Source: Paenisporosarcina sp. (GTDB lineage Bacteria > Bacillota > Bacilli > Bacillales_A > Planococcaceae). From it: DNA of 64,000 bases. The stretch is taken from assembly GCA_041605715.1 (NCBI GenBank), contig JBFIXW010000002.1:5873-69872 (forward strand), read 5' to 3'. The position numbers were made by a program, and so were the translations under genes. Of this stretch, positions 1 to 11,561 are shown piece after piece (position 1 is the first letter of the stretch; the number at the start of each line of letters is the position of its first letter). The notes beneath the pieces are model-generated. The model was not told the DNA's origin. It searched no databases and worked only from the letters and a program-made list of their open reading frames with translations.

Positions 1-68
1 ACTATTACGAAATGCGGTATTTGGAAATTATTTTCATCTACAAAAAAACCGATTGTCAAAGAAGTGCC

Positions 69-97
69 TTGACACTTTGTTCTATTCTAGTTACAAT
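69..97 (+). promoter_or_regulatory. sigma-A promoter of rpsD
   Basis: TTGACA (69-74), 17 bp spacer, TACAAT (92-97). Confidence 0.85.
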
Positions 98-103
98 GGA
101 GTT

Positions 104-291
104 TGTGTAAAATAAATGCAGCAGTTGTATGGATTTATATGTTTCATTTTATTCCTCCGACTATTTCGGAAGGGGTATCGTGTAACCCTTGGCTGCGAGG
201 GCGAAGGTACATGAAAATAAAATGACAATAAGTTTGATACATCTGGTCTTATTTTACAACAAAATAAAACCACTTAAAGGAGGAGTCTCTC
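104..291 (+). promoter_or_regulatory. rpsD 5' leader, probable S4 autoregulatory RNA element
   Basis: ~190-nt leader between promoter and AAGGAGGAG RBS with GC-rich hairpin segment (tcgtgtaacccttggctgcgagggcgaagg); Bacillales rpsD is autoregulated via its leader. Confidence 0.65.
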
Positions 292-894
292 ATGGCTCGT
301 TATACAGGTCCAGCATGGAAACTGTCTCGTCGTCTTGGTTTATCACTAAGCGGCACAGGAAAAGAATTAGAGAAACGCCCTTACGCACCAGGACAACACG
401 GTCCTAACCAACGTAAAAAAATGTCTGAATATGGTTTACAATTACAAGAAAAACAAAAACTTCGTCATATGTATGGTGTAAACGAACGTCAATTCCGTAC
501 ACTTTTTGATAAAGCTGCTAAAATGCCTGGTAAATCAGGTGAGAACTTCATGATTCTTCTTGATACTCGCTTAGATAATATCGTTTACCGTTTAGGTCTT
601 TCACGCACTCGTCGTGGCGCTCGTCAATTAGTTAACCACGGTCATGTTATGGTCGATGGAAAACGCGTTGATATTCCTTCATACCGTTTGAAGCCAGGTC
701 AAGAAATCTCTCTTCGTGAGAAATCTCAAAACCTTGATATCGTTAATGAGTCAATCGAAGTGAACAATTTTGTTCCTGATTACTTAACTTTCGATGCAGA
801 CAAAAAAGTTGGTACATTCGTTCGCAATCCAGAACGTAGCGAATTACATGCTGAAATTAACGAAGCATTAATCGTTGAGTACTACTCACGTTAA
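292..894 (+). CDS. rpsD: 30S ribosomal protein S4
   Basis: [17 protein letters not shown]-terminus, S4 domain [10 protein letters not shown], ends IVEYYSR. Confidence 0.99.
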   Translation: MARYTGPAWKLSRRLGLSLSGTGKELEKRPYAPGQHGPNQRKKMSEYGLQLQEKQKLRHMYGVNERQFRTLFDKAAKMPGKSGENFMILLDTRLDNIVYRLGLSRTRRGARQLVNHGHVMVDGKRVDIPSYRLKPGQEISLREKSQNLDIVNESIEVNNFVPDYLTFDADKKVGTFVRNPERSELHAEINEALIVEYYSR

Positions 895-900
895 TAATGA

Positions 901-926
901 AAGAGTCCCTTTTGGGGCTCTTTTTT
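901..926 (+). terminator. intrinsic terminator of rpsD
   Basis: aagagtccc-tttt-ggggctctt followed by T-run. Confidence 0.8.
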
Positions 927-967
927 GTTTGTGCTAAACTGATAAAAACAATTAAAGGAGTTTTATT

Positions 968-1783
968 ATGAGACTCATATCAATTTGTCCAAGTAACACC
1001 GAACTTTTAGCTTATTTGGGCTTATGTAATCAACTCGTTGGCTTGGACGATTTTTCGGACTGGCCTTCATCTGTACAACATTTACCTAAACTCGGTCCCG
1101 ATTTATCTATTCGTATGGATGAACTTGAAGCATTGAAACCTGATTTAGTGTTAGCATCACTAAGTGTTCCGGGGATGGAAAAAAACGTGGATGAATTAAT
1201 TGCTCGTGGGATTCCTCACCTTGTCTTGAATCCTCAAAGTTTAGAAAATATTGCAGAAGATTTATTAACTGTCGGACATGCGTGCAATCATTCTAAAACA
1301 GCTGAATTAGTTGTTGCAGAATACCATTGGTTCATAAATGACATGAAAAACCGTGCCGCTACTATCTCTTATTGGCCTAAACTATATTGGGAATGGTGGC
1401 CAAAACCGATTTTCACTCCTGGCCAAATAAACTGGTTAACTGAAGTAAGTGAGATTGCAGGCGGTCGAAATGTTTTTCGTGATGTGGAGTTAGCAAGTAT
1501 TCAAACGGATTGGGACGATGTGTTACGTAGAAATCCAGATTATATTTTCTTAGCCTGGGTGGGGGTAGCACTAGCTAAAGTGAATACAACAGTTATTAAA
1601 AAACGTCCTGGATACGATGGACTTAGTGACGATCAAAAAAAACAACTTTACATTATGGAAGAAGAACTTTATTGTCGCCCCTCCCCTCGCTTACTTGAAG
1701 GTGCCTTTAAACTAGCGAATATACTTCATCCAGAAATATACAGTGACTTACTCCTTCCTGCTTGGGTAAAAAATGTTAAATAA
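968..1783 (+). CDS. cobalamin/Fe-siderophore-type (BtuF-like, helical backbone) substrate-binding protein without signal peptide
   Basis: RLISICPSNTELL start motif, LKPDLVL, PGxxNW, AGGRNVF, RPSPRL motifs of class III SBPs. Confidence 0.8.
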   Translation: MRLISICPSNTELLAYLGLCNQLVGLDDFSDWPSSVQHLPKLGPDLSIRMDELEALKPDLVLASLSVPGMEKNVDELIARGIPHLVLNPQSLENIAEDLLTVGHACNHSKTAELVVAEYHWFINDMKNRAATISYWPKLYWEWWPKPIFTPGQINWLTEVSEIAGGRNVFRDVELASIQTDWDDVLRRNPDYIFLAWVGVALAKVNTTVIKKRPGYDGLSDDQKKQLYIMEEELYCRPSPRLLEGAFKLANILHPEIYSDLLLPAWVKNVK

Positions 1784-1922
1784 TCCTATTGTAACTACCA
1801 CTCACTATTAAATGATTCTCACTTTTAAATATGGAAAAAAATTGAATACCCCCGCTTTACTAACTGCCTTCGTGACCAATATCATATTAGATAAGCGAAT
1901 CTTTGAAGCGAAAAATCAGTAT

Positions 1923-1962
1923 AAAAAAAGATGCCAAGAGATTTTAGTCTCAAGGCATCTTT
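1923..1962 (-). terminator. intrinsic terminator of tyrS
   Basis: aaaaaaagatgcc...ggcatcttt inverted repeat with A-run on + strand. Confidence 0.75.
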
Positions 1963-1974
1963 CTCATTCTACGA

Positions 1975-3252
<1,278 letters not shown>

Positions 3253-3257
3253 TCAAA

Positions 3258-3490
3258 ATAGAAAAGTCCCCACACGATTCATAAAGAATCATGCAGGGAC
3301 GCTAATTAACATTTTGCGCGGTACCACCCAGCTTGAAGGAAAAAACCCCTTCCGCTTAACAAGCACTTTATCGCTGTGCATGCGTTATGCTCCAAGCCTG
3401 TAATTCACGTTTGCATACTGATCAGCTTTCACCACCCGCTGACTCTCTAAACAGTTTATGCATCCATTACTTCGGACTTTTCATCGCTTA
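3258..3490 (-). promoter_or_regulatory. T-box riboswitch (Tyr specifier UAC)
   Basis: Minus strand: AGAGAG/GGTG stem I motifs, GAATTACA with UAC at 3402-3400, T-box GGGTGGTACCGCG at 3329-3317, terminator GTCCC...GGGAC plus T-run. Confidence 0.95.
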
Positions 3491-3509
3491 AATAACTATA
3501 TATTAGGTC

Positions 3510-3537
3510 ATTTTACGCTCTTTTTTTTCAATGTCAA
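3510..3537 (-). promoter_or_regulatory. sigma-A promoter of tyrS
   Basis: TTGACA-16 bp-TAAAAT on minus strand just upstream of the T-box. Confidence 0.65.
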
Positions 3538-3600
3538 TAAATATATTAGATATCCAGGAATTATGATATAATGTAACAAGATTTTAGGGGGTCGATTCAA

Positions 3601-6570
3601 TTGAATGATCAAGCAAAAAACTGGCTAAACCGCATAAGTGAAACATGGAATAAATGGACACAAGCAAAGTGGGCAAAAGGACTTAGAATCACATCAGGTG
3701 TTCTTTGGAATCTAGCTCTCCTATTCGTGATTGTTTTTATTACTAGTATCGTCTTCGTTGGTTCTGTCGGAGCAGGATATTTTGCTTCATTAGTTGATCA
3801 AGAGCCATTACGTAAGGAAGAGGAAATGCGTTCATCCATTTTCAGTTATGAAGAGACATCAGAAGTATACTTCGCAAATAATGTCTATCTAGGGAAATTA
3901 CGAACAGATCTTCAACGAAATGAAACAAAGTTAAGTTCAGTCTCACCATATGTATTAGATGCTGTATATGCCACTGAAGATGAGTATTTTAATGTCCATG
4001 AAGGAATTGTTCCAAAAGCAATATTCCGGGGACTTTTGCAAGATGTAACAAATTCAGACAGTCAAACAGGTGGTTCAACACTAACGCAACAGTTAATCAA
4101 AAATCAGATTTTAACGAACGAAGTTTCATATGAACGGAAAGCGAAAGAAATTTTATTGGCACTTAGATTAGAAAAATTCATGTCTAAGGAAGAAATTTTG
4201 GAAGCTTATTTAAATATTATTCCTTATGGACGAAATGCATCTGGTGCCAATATCGCGGGAATTGAAACAGCTGCAGAAGGTATTTTTAATGTAGCAGCAA
4301 AAGATTTAACGCTTCCACAAGCTGCATTTATAGCAGGAATTCCACAAGCACCATTTGCTCATACACCATTCACATCTAAAGGTGTGTTAAAAGATGAGGC
4401 CGGATTAAAACCCGGAATTGACCGTATGTTAACTGTGCTATATCGCATGAAAGAAACTGGCTATATTACGGAAGCAGAATATAATGCAGCTGTAGCGTAT
4501 GACATTACTCAAGATTTTAAAAAACCGGAGCCCTTACCACAAGAACGATATCCATTTTTAACATTTGAATTAGAAAGACAAGCTAAGATAATAATATCTG
4601 AAATGCTTGCAGAAAAAGATAATATAGACCCTTCCCGATTAACAGAAGAGGAAAGCTTGCAACAGAAGTACGAAATACTCGCCGATCGGGCAATGCGAAC
4701 AAACGGTTATCGTATTTATTCTACGATTGATAAAAATATGTATGATGCCCATCAAAAAGTAAAAGATGAATTTAAAAATTATGGGCCTACGTTAAAGAAA
4801 AAAAGAACAAATCCTGACACAGGTGAAGTTGAAGAAGTCGATGCGCCAGTTCAAGTTGGTAGTGTGTTAATGGAAAATAGCACAGGTCGAATTTTAAGTT
4901 TCATTAGCGGTCGTGATTACAATTTGGAAGCTCAAGACCATGCTACGACGGCTTTTAGACAAAATGGTTCAACGATGAAACCTTTATTGGTTTATGCGCC
5001 TGCCATAGAATATGGTGTAATTGGAGCAGGAAGCCCAGTAGTCGATGTTGCATTTGAAGATTATATTGATGGATCAGGTACACCATATAATCCTGGTAAC
5101 TTTAATCGCGATCAAGAGCTGGGCATTATTCCCGCCCGACAAGCACTTGCAACATCTCAGAATTTAGCAGCCTTACGATTATATGATGAAATACTAGAAA
5201 AACGGCCAGCAACATTTTTAGAGAAACTCCAATTTTCGCGTTTATCCGATCAAGATTACACAAATATTTCCACCTCAATCGGTGGTATGTATAGAGGTGT
5301 TACTGTACAAGAAAATACAAATGCTTACGCCACACTTGCCAATGGCGGACAATTTATTAAATCGTATATGATTGAAAAAATTGAAGATGCAGATGGCAAT
5401 ATTATTTTCCAACACCAGTCTGAAGCAACACCTGTTTACTCCCCTCAAACTTCATACATTGTTACGGATATGTTGCGAGATGTTTTAAGTGAAGGAACAG
5501 GAACTAGAGCAAACGGTGAACTTAAATTCCAATCTGATTTTGCTGCCAAGACAGGAACAACAAATGACGCTCATGATGTATGGTTTATGGGTTATAACCC
5601 TTCTATTACTTTAGGTGTTTGGTTAGGTTACGATCAGCCAACCAACTTAAACCTTGCGAATGGGACCTATTTACAGCCTGGTACACGCGTCAATTTACTT
5701 TGGGCTCGAATTATGAATAGTTCATATGATGTTAACCCAGAACTAGTTGATCCAAATGTTGAATTTAAAGCACCTAAAGGTGTCGTTTCTAAATCATTCT
5801 GTTCAATTTCTGGTCTTGCACCATCAGATGGATGTTCTGAAGCTGGACTTGTCACTTCTGATTTGTTCAATGGTAATACGTATGTTTCACAAAAAGTCGA
5901 TGATAGTTTCATTTCATCATCTTATGTGATGATTAATGGGAAACGATTCCGTTCATTGCCATCTACACCTAGTGAATTTGTAGTTGAGGGTGGAGTTGGA
6001 GTGAATGAAGACTTTATAACTCGTATGTTCGGAAGAATAAAAGGTGATCCAAGCAAGTTATTCCCACAAAATTCAGGATTTGCAAATCGTGTCGTTTCTG
6101 AAGATACGTTTGAAGCAGATGGAGCGTCACCAAATGGGGTAACTGCTAGTCTCTCTGGAAGCAGTTTATCTTGGAGTAATTCGCCATCAAATGATGTTGT
6201 TGGTTACCGAGTATTCCAACGTTCAGGAAATAGTAATGTTAAATTAGCTTCTGTTTTAGAAGCAAGTGGAAATCAGTTCTCAGTATCCGGTCCTGGTGAA
6301 TATTTTGTTGTAGCAGTAGATATTACTGGCAAACAATCAGCTAGTTCTAATATCGTGAAAATTGATGCTCCAAAACCGGAGCCATCACCTACACCTACAC
6401 CTACACCAAATCCGACTAAGCCAATTAAACCACCAGCTCCACCTAGTGGTCCTAAACCACCACCACCTAGTGAGCCGAAACCGCCTACTGATGAACCTGG
6501 AAATCCACCTGGGGATGGTGGAACACCACCTGAACCTCCAGTTGAACCACCTGTTGAGCCACCTGTTTAA
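3601..6570 (+). CDS. class A penicillin-binding protein (transglycosylase/transpeptidase) with beta-rich domain and Pro-rich C-terminal tail
   Basis: N-terminal TM, EDEYF and GGSTLTQQLIKN GT51 motifs, STMK, SQN, KTG transpeptidase motifs; TTG start with GGGGG RBS. Confidence 0.95.
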   Translation: MNDQAKNWLNRISETWNKWTQAKWAKGLRITSGVLWNLALLFVIVFITSIVFVGSVGAGYFASLVDQEPLRKEEEMRSSIFSYEETSEVYFANNVYLGKLRTDLQRNETKLSSVSPYVLDAVYATEDEYFNVHEGIVPKAIFRGLLQDVTNSDSQTGGSTLTQQLIKNQILTNEVSYERKAKEILLALRLEKFMSKEEILEAYLNIIPYGRNASGANIAGIETAAEGIFNVAAKDLTLPQAAFIAGIPQAPFAHTPFTSKGVLKDEAGLKPGIDRMLTVLYRMKETGYITEAEYNAAVAYDITQDFKKPEPLPQERYPFLTFELERQAKIIISEMLAEKDNIDPSRLTEEESLQQKYEILADRAMRTNGYRIYSTIDKNMYDAHQKVKDEFKNYGPTLKKKRTNPDTGEVEEVDAPVQVGSVLMENSTGRILSFISGRDYNLEAQDHATTAFRQNGSTMKPLLVYAPAIEYGVIGAGSPVVDVAFEDYIDGSGTPYNPGNFNRDQELGIIPARQALATSQNLAALRLYDEILEKRPATFLEKLQFSRLSDQDYTNISTSIGGMYRGVTVQENTNAYATLANGGQFIKSYMIEKIEDADGNIIFQHQSEATPVYSPQTSYIVTDMLRDVLSEGTGTRANGELKFQSDFAAKTGTTNDAHDVWFMGYNPSITLGVWLGYDQPTNLNLANGTYLQPGTRVNLLWARIMNSSYDVNPELVDPNVEFKAPKGVVSKSFCSISGLAPSDGCSEAGLVTSDLFNGNTYVSQKVDDSFISSSYVMINGKRFRSLPSTPSEFVVEGGVGVNEDFITRMFGRIKGDPSKLFPQNSGFANRVVSEDTFEADGASPNGVTASLSGSSLSWSNSPSNDVVGYRVFQRSGNSNVKLASVLEASGNQFSVSGPGEYFVVAVDITGKQSASSNIVKIDAPKPEPSPTPTPTPNPTKPIKPPAPPSGPKPPPPSEPKPPTDEPGNPPGDGGTPPEPPVEPPVEPPV

Positions 6571-6593
6571 GGTGAAGATGAATAACGTATAAT

Positions 6594-6633
6594 GAAAACA
6601 CAACTTGCCCGAAATGGACAAGTTGTGTTTTTT
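6594..6633. terminator. terminator downstream of PBP gene (possibly bidirectional)
   Basis: aaaacacaacttg...caagttgtgtttttt. Confidence 0.75.
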
Positions 6634-6662
6634 CAAGAATTAACAAGAATAGTTAAGGAAAT

Positions 6663-6707
6663 AAAAAGCCGTACTACTCTTCAAAACTGATGAGTAGTAC
6701 AGCTTTT
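6663..6707 (-). terminator. terminator of acsA
   Basis: aaaaagccgtactactc...gagtagtacagctttt. Confidence 0.7.
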
Positions 6708-6716
6708 CTGTAATAA

Positions 6717-8444
6717 TTAATCTTCCATTGTTGATAAATCACCTGTTGGTAAATCTAATTCCCAGGCTTTCAAAACTCGGCGCATGATTTTTCCACTCCG
6801 TGTTTTCGGTAATTTATCTTTGAATTCAATTTCTCTAGGAGCTGCATGAGCAGCTAAACCTTTTTTCACAAATTGTTGAATATCAGCGATTAGCTCATCC
6901 GTAGGTTCAACACCCTCTTTTAGTGCAACAAAAGCTTTGATGATTTCACCACGGATCGGATCGGGTTTACCAATAACGCCTGCCTCTACAATTGCAGGAT
7001 GTTCTAATAACTTACTTTCCACTTCAAATGGACCAACACGTTCGCCAGATGTCATAATAACGTCATCTACGCGTCCTTGGAACCAGAAATAGCCATCATC
7101 ATCCATATAAGCCGAATCTCCAGAAACATACCACTCGTCATTTAAGAAATAAGATTGATATTTTTCAGGATTATTCCAAATTTGGCGCATCATTGATGGC
7201 CAACCTTTTTTTAGAGCCAAGTTCCCCATTTGATAAGGAGCTAACTCGACACCACGATCATCGACAATTGCTGCTTTTATCCCTGGAATCGGCTTGCCCA
7301 TTGAACCTGGACGAATTGGTAAACAAGCATAATTACAAATCATTTGAGCACCCGTCTCGGTCATCCACCATGTATCATGAATACGATGATTAAAGACTTG
7401 TGCACCCCATCGAATAACTTCAGGATTTAGTGGCTCTCCTACTGATAAAACATGACGCAATGAAGATAAATCAAATGATTTAACAAGTGCATCCCCAGCT
7501 CCCATTAACATACGGAAAGCGGTAGGAGCACTGTACCAAACAGTTACACCATAATCCTCAATCGTTTTATACCATGTATCAGGTGAGAAACGTCCACCTA
7601 AAACAACCATAGTTGTTCCCGTAAGCCATGGACCAAAGATCCCGTAAGAAGTACCAGTTACCCAGCCAGGGTCTGCCGTACACCAATAAATGTCATCTTC
7701 TTTTAAATCTAGTACCCATTTAGCCGTTTGATAATGTTGCAGCATCGCTTCTTGCACATGCAGAACACCCTTAGGTTTTCCTGTAGAACCAGAAGTATAA
7801 TGTAATACTAATCCATCTTCCTTCGATAGCCACTCCACTTGGAAATAGGGAGAAGCTGTTTCTAGATACTTCATAAAGTCCACGTTTTTTCCTTGTTCTT
7901 CTATTCCTTCACCCACAAGTAAAATCGTTTCTAAATGAGGTAATTTATCTACTGGAATTCGACTTAACAATTCTGGAGTGGTCACGATTACTTTTGCTTC
8001 ACTATCAGCTAAACGATCATAAACTGCTCCTTCCATAAATGCTTCAAATAAGGGACCGACTATTACACCCATTTTTAAAGCACCAATCAGTGAAAAATAT
8101 AATTCTGGTGAGCGAGGCATGAAAATAAACAGACGATCCCCTTTTTCTAGATTTGTATGCGTTTTCAATACATTTGCTGCTTTATTAGACCATTTCTTCA
8201 TTTCATAAAACGTATAGGTTTCTTTTCGAACTCCATCTTTATAGTAAAGAGCAACCTTATTTTTTCGATGTGAGTTAGCATGGCGATCAATTGTTTCATG
8301 AGCTACATTTAATCTACCCGTTTCCGACCAACTAAATTCTTTCTCAACGTCTGCCCATTCAAAGTTTGAAGCAGCCTCATCATAATTTTGGAGTAAGTAA
8401 TCTCCTTGAACAACAGGAAGTGACTCAAGTTTCATTTCTACCAC
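6717..8444 (-). CDS. acsA: acetate--CoA ligase (start may be ATG at 8435)
   Basis: YTSGSTGKPKG, DTWWMTETG, LPKTRSGKIMRR (acetylation Lys); divergent from acuABC. Confidence 0.97.
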   Translation of the reverse strand: MVEMKLESLPVVQGDYLLQNYDEAASNFEWADVEKEFSWSETGRLNVAHETIDRHANSHRKNKVALYYKDGVRKETYTFYEMKKWSNKAANVLKTHTNLEKGDRLFIFMPRSPELYFSLIGALKMGVIVGPLFEAFMEGAVYDRLADSEAKVIVTTPELLSRIPVDKLPHLETILLVGEGIEEQGKNVDFMKYLETASPYFQVEWLSKEDGLVLHYTSGSTGKPKGVLHVQEAMLQHYQTAKWVLDLKEDDIYWCTADPGWVTGTSYGIFGPWLTGTTMVVLGGRFSPDTWYKTIEDYGVTVWYSAPTAFRMLMGAGDALVKSFDLSSLRHVLSVGEPLNPEVIRWGAQVFNHRIHDTWWMTETGAQMICNYACLPIRPGSMGKPIPGIKAAIVDDRGVELAPYQMGNLALKKGWPSMMRQIWNNPEKYQSYFLNDEWYVSGDSAYMDDDGYFWFQGRVDDVIMTSGERVGPFEVESKLLEHPAIVEAGVIGKPDPIRGEIIKAFVALKEGVEPTDELIADIQQFVKKGLAAHAAPREIEFKDKLPKTRSGKIMRRVLKAWELDLPTGDLSTMED

Positions 8445-8535
8445 CCTTTCGAATACGATACATTTACTAGTTTACATCAATCAGAAATTAAAAAGCGAAT
8501 TATTTTATTTTTCGAAAATTTTACTTTTGATTTTG

Positions 8536-8549
8536 TGAAAACGTTTTCC
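8536..8549 (+). promoter_or_regulatory. CcpA cre site in acsA-acuA divergent region
   Basis: TGAAAACGTTTTCC fits TGWNANCGNTNWCA with one mismatch; acsA/acuABC are CcpA targets in B. subtilis. Confidence 0.7.
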
Positions 8550-8601
8550 TCTTTTATAATTCATGTATAATGAACATATTGTCAAACTAGGTGGTGCAAA
8601 T

Positions 8602-9234
8602 ATGGAACATACAAAAACCTATAATGCCATTGAATTAAAAACAAAACATGGCAGTCTCATTCTTGAAGGTCCTGTGTCCTCAGAAGATATAGCTCGTTTG
8701 GATTTTCACAAAGACCTGGTTGCATTTAGACCACCAGCACAGCAACATAAAGCAATTACTGAAATTGCAAAGTTGCCTGAAGGAAGAATTCTAATTGCTC
8801 GTGATAACTTTACAATTGTTGGTTATGTAACGTACTTATATCCGGACCCTCTTGAGCGTTGGTCTAAAGGTCAAATGGAAAATTTAATTGAATTAGGCGC
8901 AATTGAAGTCATCCCGAAATTCCGTGGTTCAGGTGTTGGGAAAGGCTTATTAAAAGTGTCTATGATGGATGATAGGATGGAAGATTATATTACAATTACG
9001 ACTGAATATTACTGGCACTGGGATTTAAAAGGTACAGGTTTAAATGTCTGGGAATACAGAAAAGTAATGGAAAAAATGATGAATGCAGGCGGCTTGGAAT
9101 ACTTCGCTACGGATGATCCTGAAATTAGTTCTCATCCTGCTAACTGTTTAATGGCTAAAATCGGTAGTCGGATTGATATGGAATCAATTCAGCGTTTCGA
9201 TCAACTCCGATTTATGAACCGCTTTATGTATTAG
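8602..9234 (+). CDS. acuA: acetoin utilization GNAT acetyltransferase
   Basis: MEHTKTYN start after AGGTGG RBS; GNAT RGSGVGKGLL; TEYYWHWDL; first gene of acuABC. Confidence 0.95.
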   Translation: MEHTKTYNAIELKTKHGSLILEGPVSSEDIARLDFHKDLVAFRPPAQQHKAITEIAKLPEGRILIARDNFTIVGYVTYLYPDPLERWSKGQMENLIELGAIEVIPKFRGSGVGKGLLKVSMMDDRMEDYITITTEYYWHWDLKGTGLNVWEYRKVMEKMMNAGGLEYFATDDPEISSHPANCLMAKIGSRIDMESIQRFDQLRFMNRFMY

Positions 9235-9268
9235 TTCATAACTCAGGATATAAAGGAGATTATGCCTC

Positions 9269-9916
9269 ATGATTGTTGAAGAAATGATGCAAAAAAAAGT
9301 TCTCACCTTGCAACCTACTCACACAATCAAAGATGCCATACTTGTATTGCGTGAGAATAAAATTCGTCACTTGCCAATCACAGATATAGAAGGTAAAGTC
9401 ATTGGCATTATCTCAGATCGGGATATTAAACAAGCGACTCCATCGAATATTTTAGATCATAATGATAATGAACTTATGACGATTACGCTAGATAAAATTA
9501 TGACGAAAAATCCCATTATTGGTCATCCACTCGATTTCGTGGAAGAAATTGCAACCATTTTTTACGATCAACAAATAGGTTGTTTACCAATTGTCAGTCA
9601 AGAAAAATTAGTGGGTATTGTTACGGAAACTGATTTATTGTACAAATATATTGAATTAACTGGTGCACATCAACCCGGTTCTCATATTGAAGTGAGAGTG
9701 CCTAACAAACCCGGCATATTATTCGAAGTTTCGAAAGTTTTTCATGACCATAGCGCAAATGTTTTAAGTGTATTGGTATACCCTGATGCAAAAAGTGAAG
9801 AAAACAAAATACTAGTTTTCAGAGTCAAAACGATGAATCCTCTCCAAATTATAGAGGATATCCGCAAAGAAGGTTTCGATGTATTATGGCCAAACATGCC
9901 GGGAATCAACACGTAA
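9269..9916 (+). CDS. acuB: CBS-ACT domain protein AcuB
   Basis: Two CBS repeats (IRHLPI, IGCLPIV) plus C-terminal ACT (VPNKPGIL); operon position. Confidence 0.95.
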   Translation: MIVEEMMQKKVLTLQPTHTIKDAILVLRENKIRHLPITDIEGKVIGIISDRDIKQATPSNILDHNDNELMTITLDKIMTKNPIIGHPLDFVEEIATIFYDQQIGCLPIVSQEKLVGIVTETDLLYKYIELTGAHQPGSHIEVRVPNKPGILFEVSKVFHDHSANVLSVLVYPDAKSEENKILVFRVKTMNPLQIIEDIRKEGFDVLWPNMPGINT

Positions 9917-11073
9917 AAAAAGAAGCAGTATTTGTGTATTCAGAAAATCAATTAGGGTATAAATTTTCGGAAACACATCCATTTAACCAAAAGCGTCTTG
10001 TATTAACGACAGATTTACTACGTAAAATGAACGTTCTATCAGATGATGACATTATTGCTCCTCGCATGGCTACAGATGAAGAATTGCTTCTCGCACATGA
10101 TGAGCGCTATATTGAAATGGTGAAAAAAGCGAGCAAAGGCTTGGTCACTGAAGAGCAAACAGAGAGCTATGGAATAGGAACGGAAGACACTCCTATCTTT
10201 CCTAATATGCATGAAGCAAGCGCATTATTAGTTGGAGGTACGCTCACAGCTGTCGATTATGTCATGGAAAATAAAGCAAATCATGCACTTAATTTAGGTG
10301 GTGGCTTACATCATGGATTTCGTGGACGTGCCTCTGGATTTTGCATTTACAACGACAGTTCAGTAGCCATTAAATACATACAAGAAAAATATAAAGCACG
10401 TGTCTTATATATTGATACAGATGCCCATCATGGGGATGGCGTGCAATGGACATTTTACGACGATCCGTCAGTTTGTACTGTCTCTATACATGAAACAGGA
10501 AGATATTTATTCCCCGGGACTGGCAGCGTTACAGAGAGAGGAACAGGAGAAGGTTATGGTACTTCTTTTAACCTTCCAATTGATGCATTTACCGAGGATG
10601 ATTCTTTTTTAGAGTTATATAAAACAGCCTTTCGTGAAATAGCTGAGCATTTTAAACCTGATGTGATTATTAGTCAAAATGGAGCAGATGCTCATTACTT
10701 TGACCCCCTAACTCATCTCTACGGTTCTATGAAAATATATGAAGAAATTCCTAAGTTAGCACATGAACTAGCACATGAATTTTGTGATGGACGATGGATT
10801 GGTGTTGGCGGTGGTGGCTATGATATATGGAGAGTAGTTCCACGAGCTTGGTCTTTATTATGGATGGAAATGAAAGGTCTTCCCTTACCAAAAGGTGATT
10901 TGCCACAAGATTGGATAGATAGTTGGCAAAGTGAGTCCCCAGTTCCTCTAATCCCTACTTGGAATGACCCAGTAACATTATATGAACCTATTCCAAGAAA
11001 AACGGAGATAACGGAAAAAAATCATCAAGTATTACAAAAATCGTTATATATTATTCGAAACCATACAGATTAA
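9886..11073 (+). CDS. acuC: acetoin utilization deacetylase (HDAC family); start codon uncertain
   Basis: HPFNQKR, GGLHHG, GFCIYND, DTDAHHGDG, GADAH motifs. Confidence 0.95.
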   Translation: MAKHAGNQHVKKEAVFVYSENQLGYKFSETHPFNQKRLVLTTDLLRKMNVLSDDDIIAPRMATDEELLLAHDERYIEMVKKASKGLVTEEQTESYGIGTEDTPIFPNMHEASALLVGGTLTAVDYVMENKANHALNLGGGLHHGFRGRASGFCIYNDSSVAIKYIQEKYKARVLYIDTDAHHGDGVQWTFYDDPSVCTVSIHETGRYLFPGTGSVTERGTGEGYGTSFNLPIDAFTEDDSFLELYKTAFREIAEHFKPDVIISQNGADAHYFDPLTHLYGSMKIYEEIPKLAHELAHEFCDGRWIGVGGGGYDIWRVVPRAWSLLWMEMKGLPLPKGDLPQDWIDSWQSESPVPLIPTWNDPVTLYEPIPRKTEITEKNHQVLQKSLYIIRNHTD

Positions 11074-11076
11074 ATA

Positions 11077-11118
11077 AAAGGAATGAATGGCGATTTATTT
11101 CGCATTCATTCTTTTTTT
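11077..11118 (+). terminator. terminator of acuABC
   Basis: aaggaatgaatggcga...tcgcattcattc followed by T7. Confidence 0.75.
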
Positions 11119-11140
11119 GACTGTAGATAAATATTATAGA

Positions 11141-11261
11141 TTGATTTCCATTTTGGCGCACGCATTCCGCGGGCAAGACTTCAGCCGCTTCCCTCGCGAT
11201 GCTCAGTCCAGGGTCTTCTGTTCTTACTCATTCCGCTGGTGTCACCACCTACATTCCAATC
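11141..11261 (+). repeat. dispersed palindromic intergenic repeat, type A copy
   Basis: TTCCGCGGGCA...CAGCCGCTTCCCTCGCGA-GCTCAGTCCAGGGTCTT...TTCCGC core shared with copies at 24658-24843 and 51291-51392. Confidence 0.85.
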
Positions 11262-11329
11262 TTTTATAAATACTTTGAATATTAATATACCAATTTGCGA
11301 TTCCCTAAACTTGTGTGGTTAAGCAGTTA

Positions 11330-11359
11330 CGTTTTTCTGCAGGAGTCTTCAGAAATAGC
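11330..11359 (-). repeat. fragment of type B dispersed repeat
   Basis: Reverse complement GCTATTTCTGAAGACTCCTGCAGAAAAACG matches 28061-28090. Confidence 0.7.
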
Positions 11360-11561
11360 AAATCAATTTGCCAATTACAACTTAATTGGAATGGAAGCAT
11401 GGAGACGTTCCAAGTTATATTTACCTAAAGTTGGCAGACCACCTTCATTTTTAATCATGTCCAATAAATGCGATGCCTAATTTAAGTTCACTATTATAAA
11501 AAGTGTCAGTTGACTAATCATCGGACACCATTTCAAGTGAGTGAAATTGTTTAAAAATCAT

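Noticed and set aside
11087-11480. 60-61 aa ORFs after acuC
   Set aside because: Overlap a terminator and repeat elements; no RBS or recognisable domain
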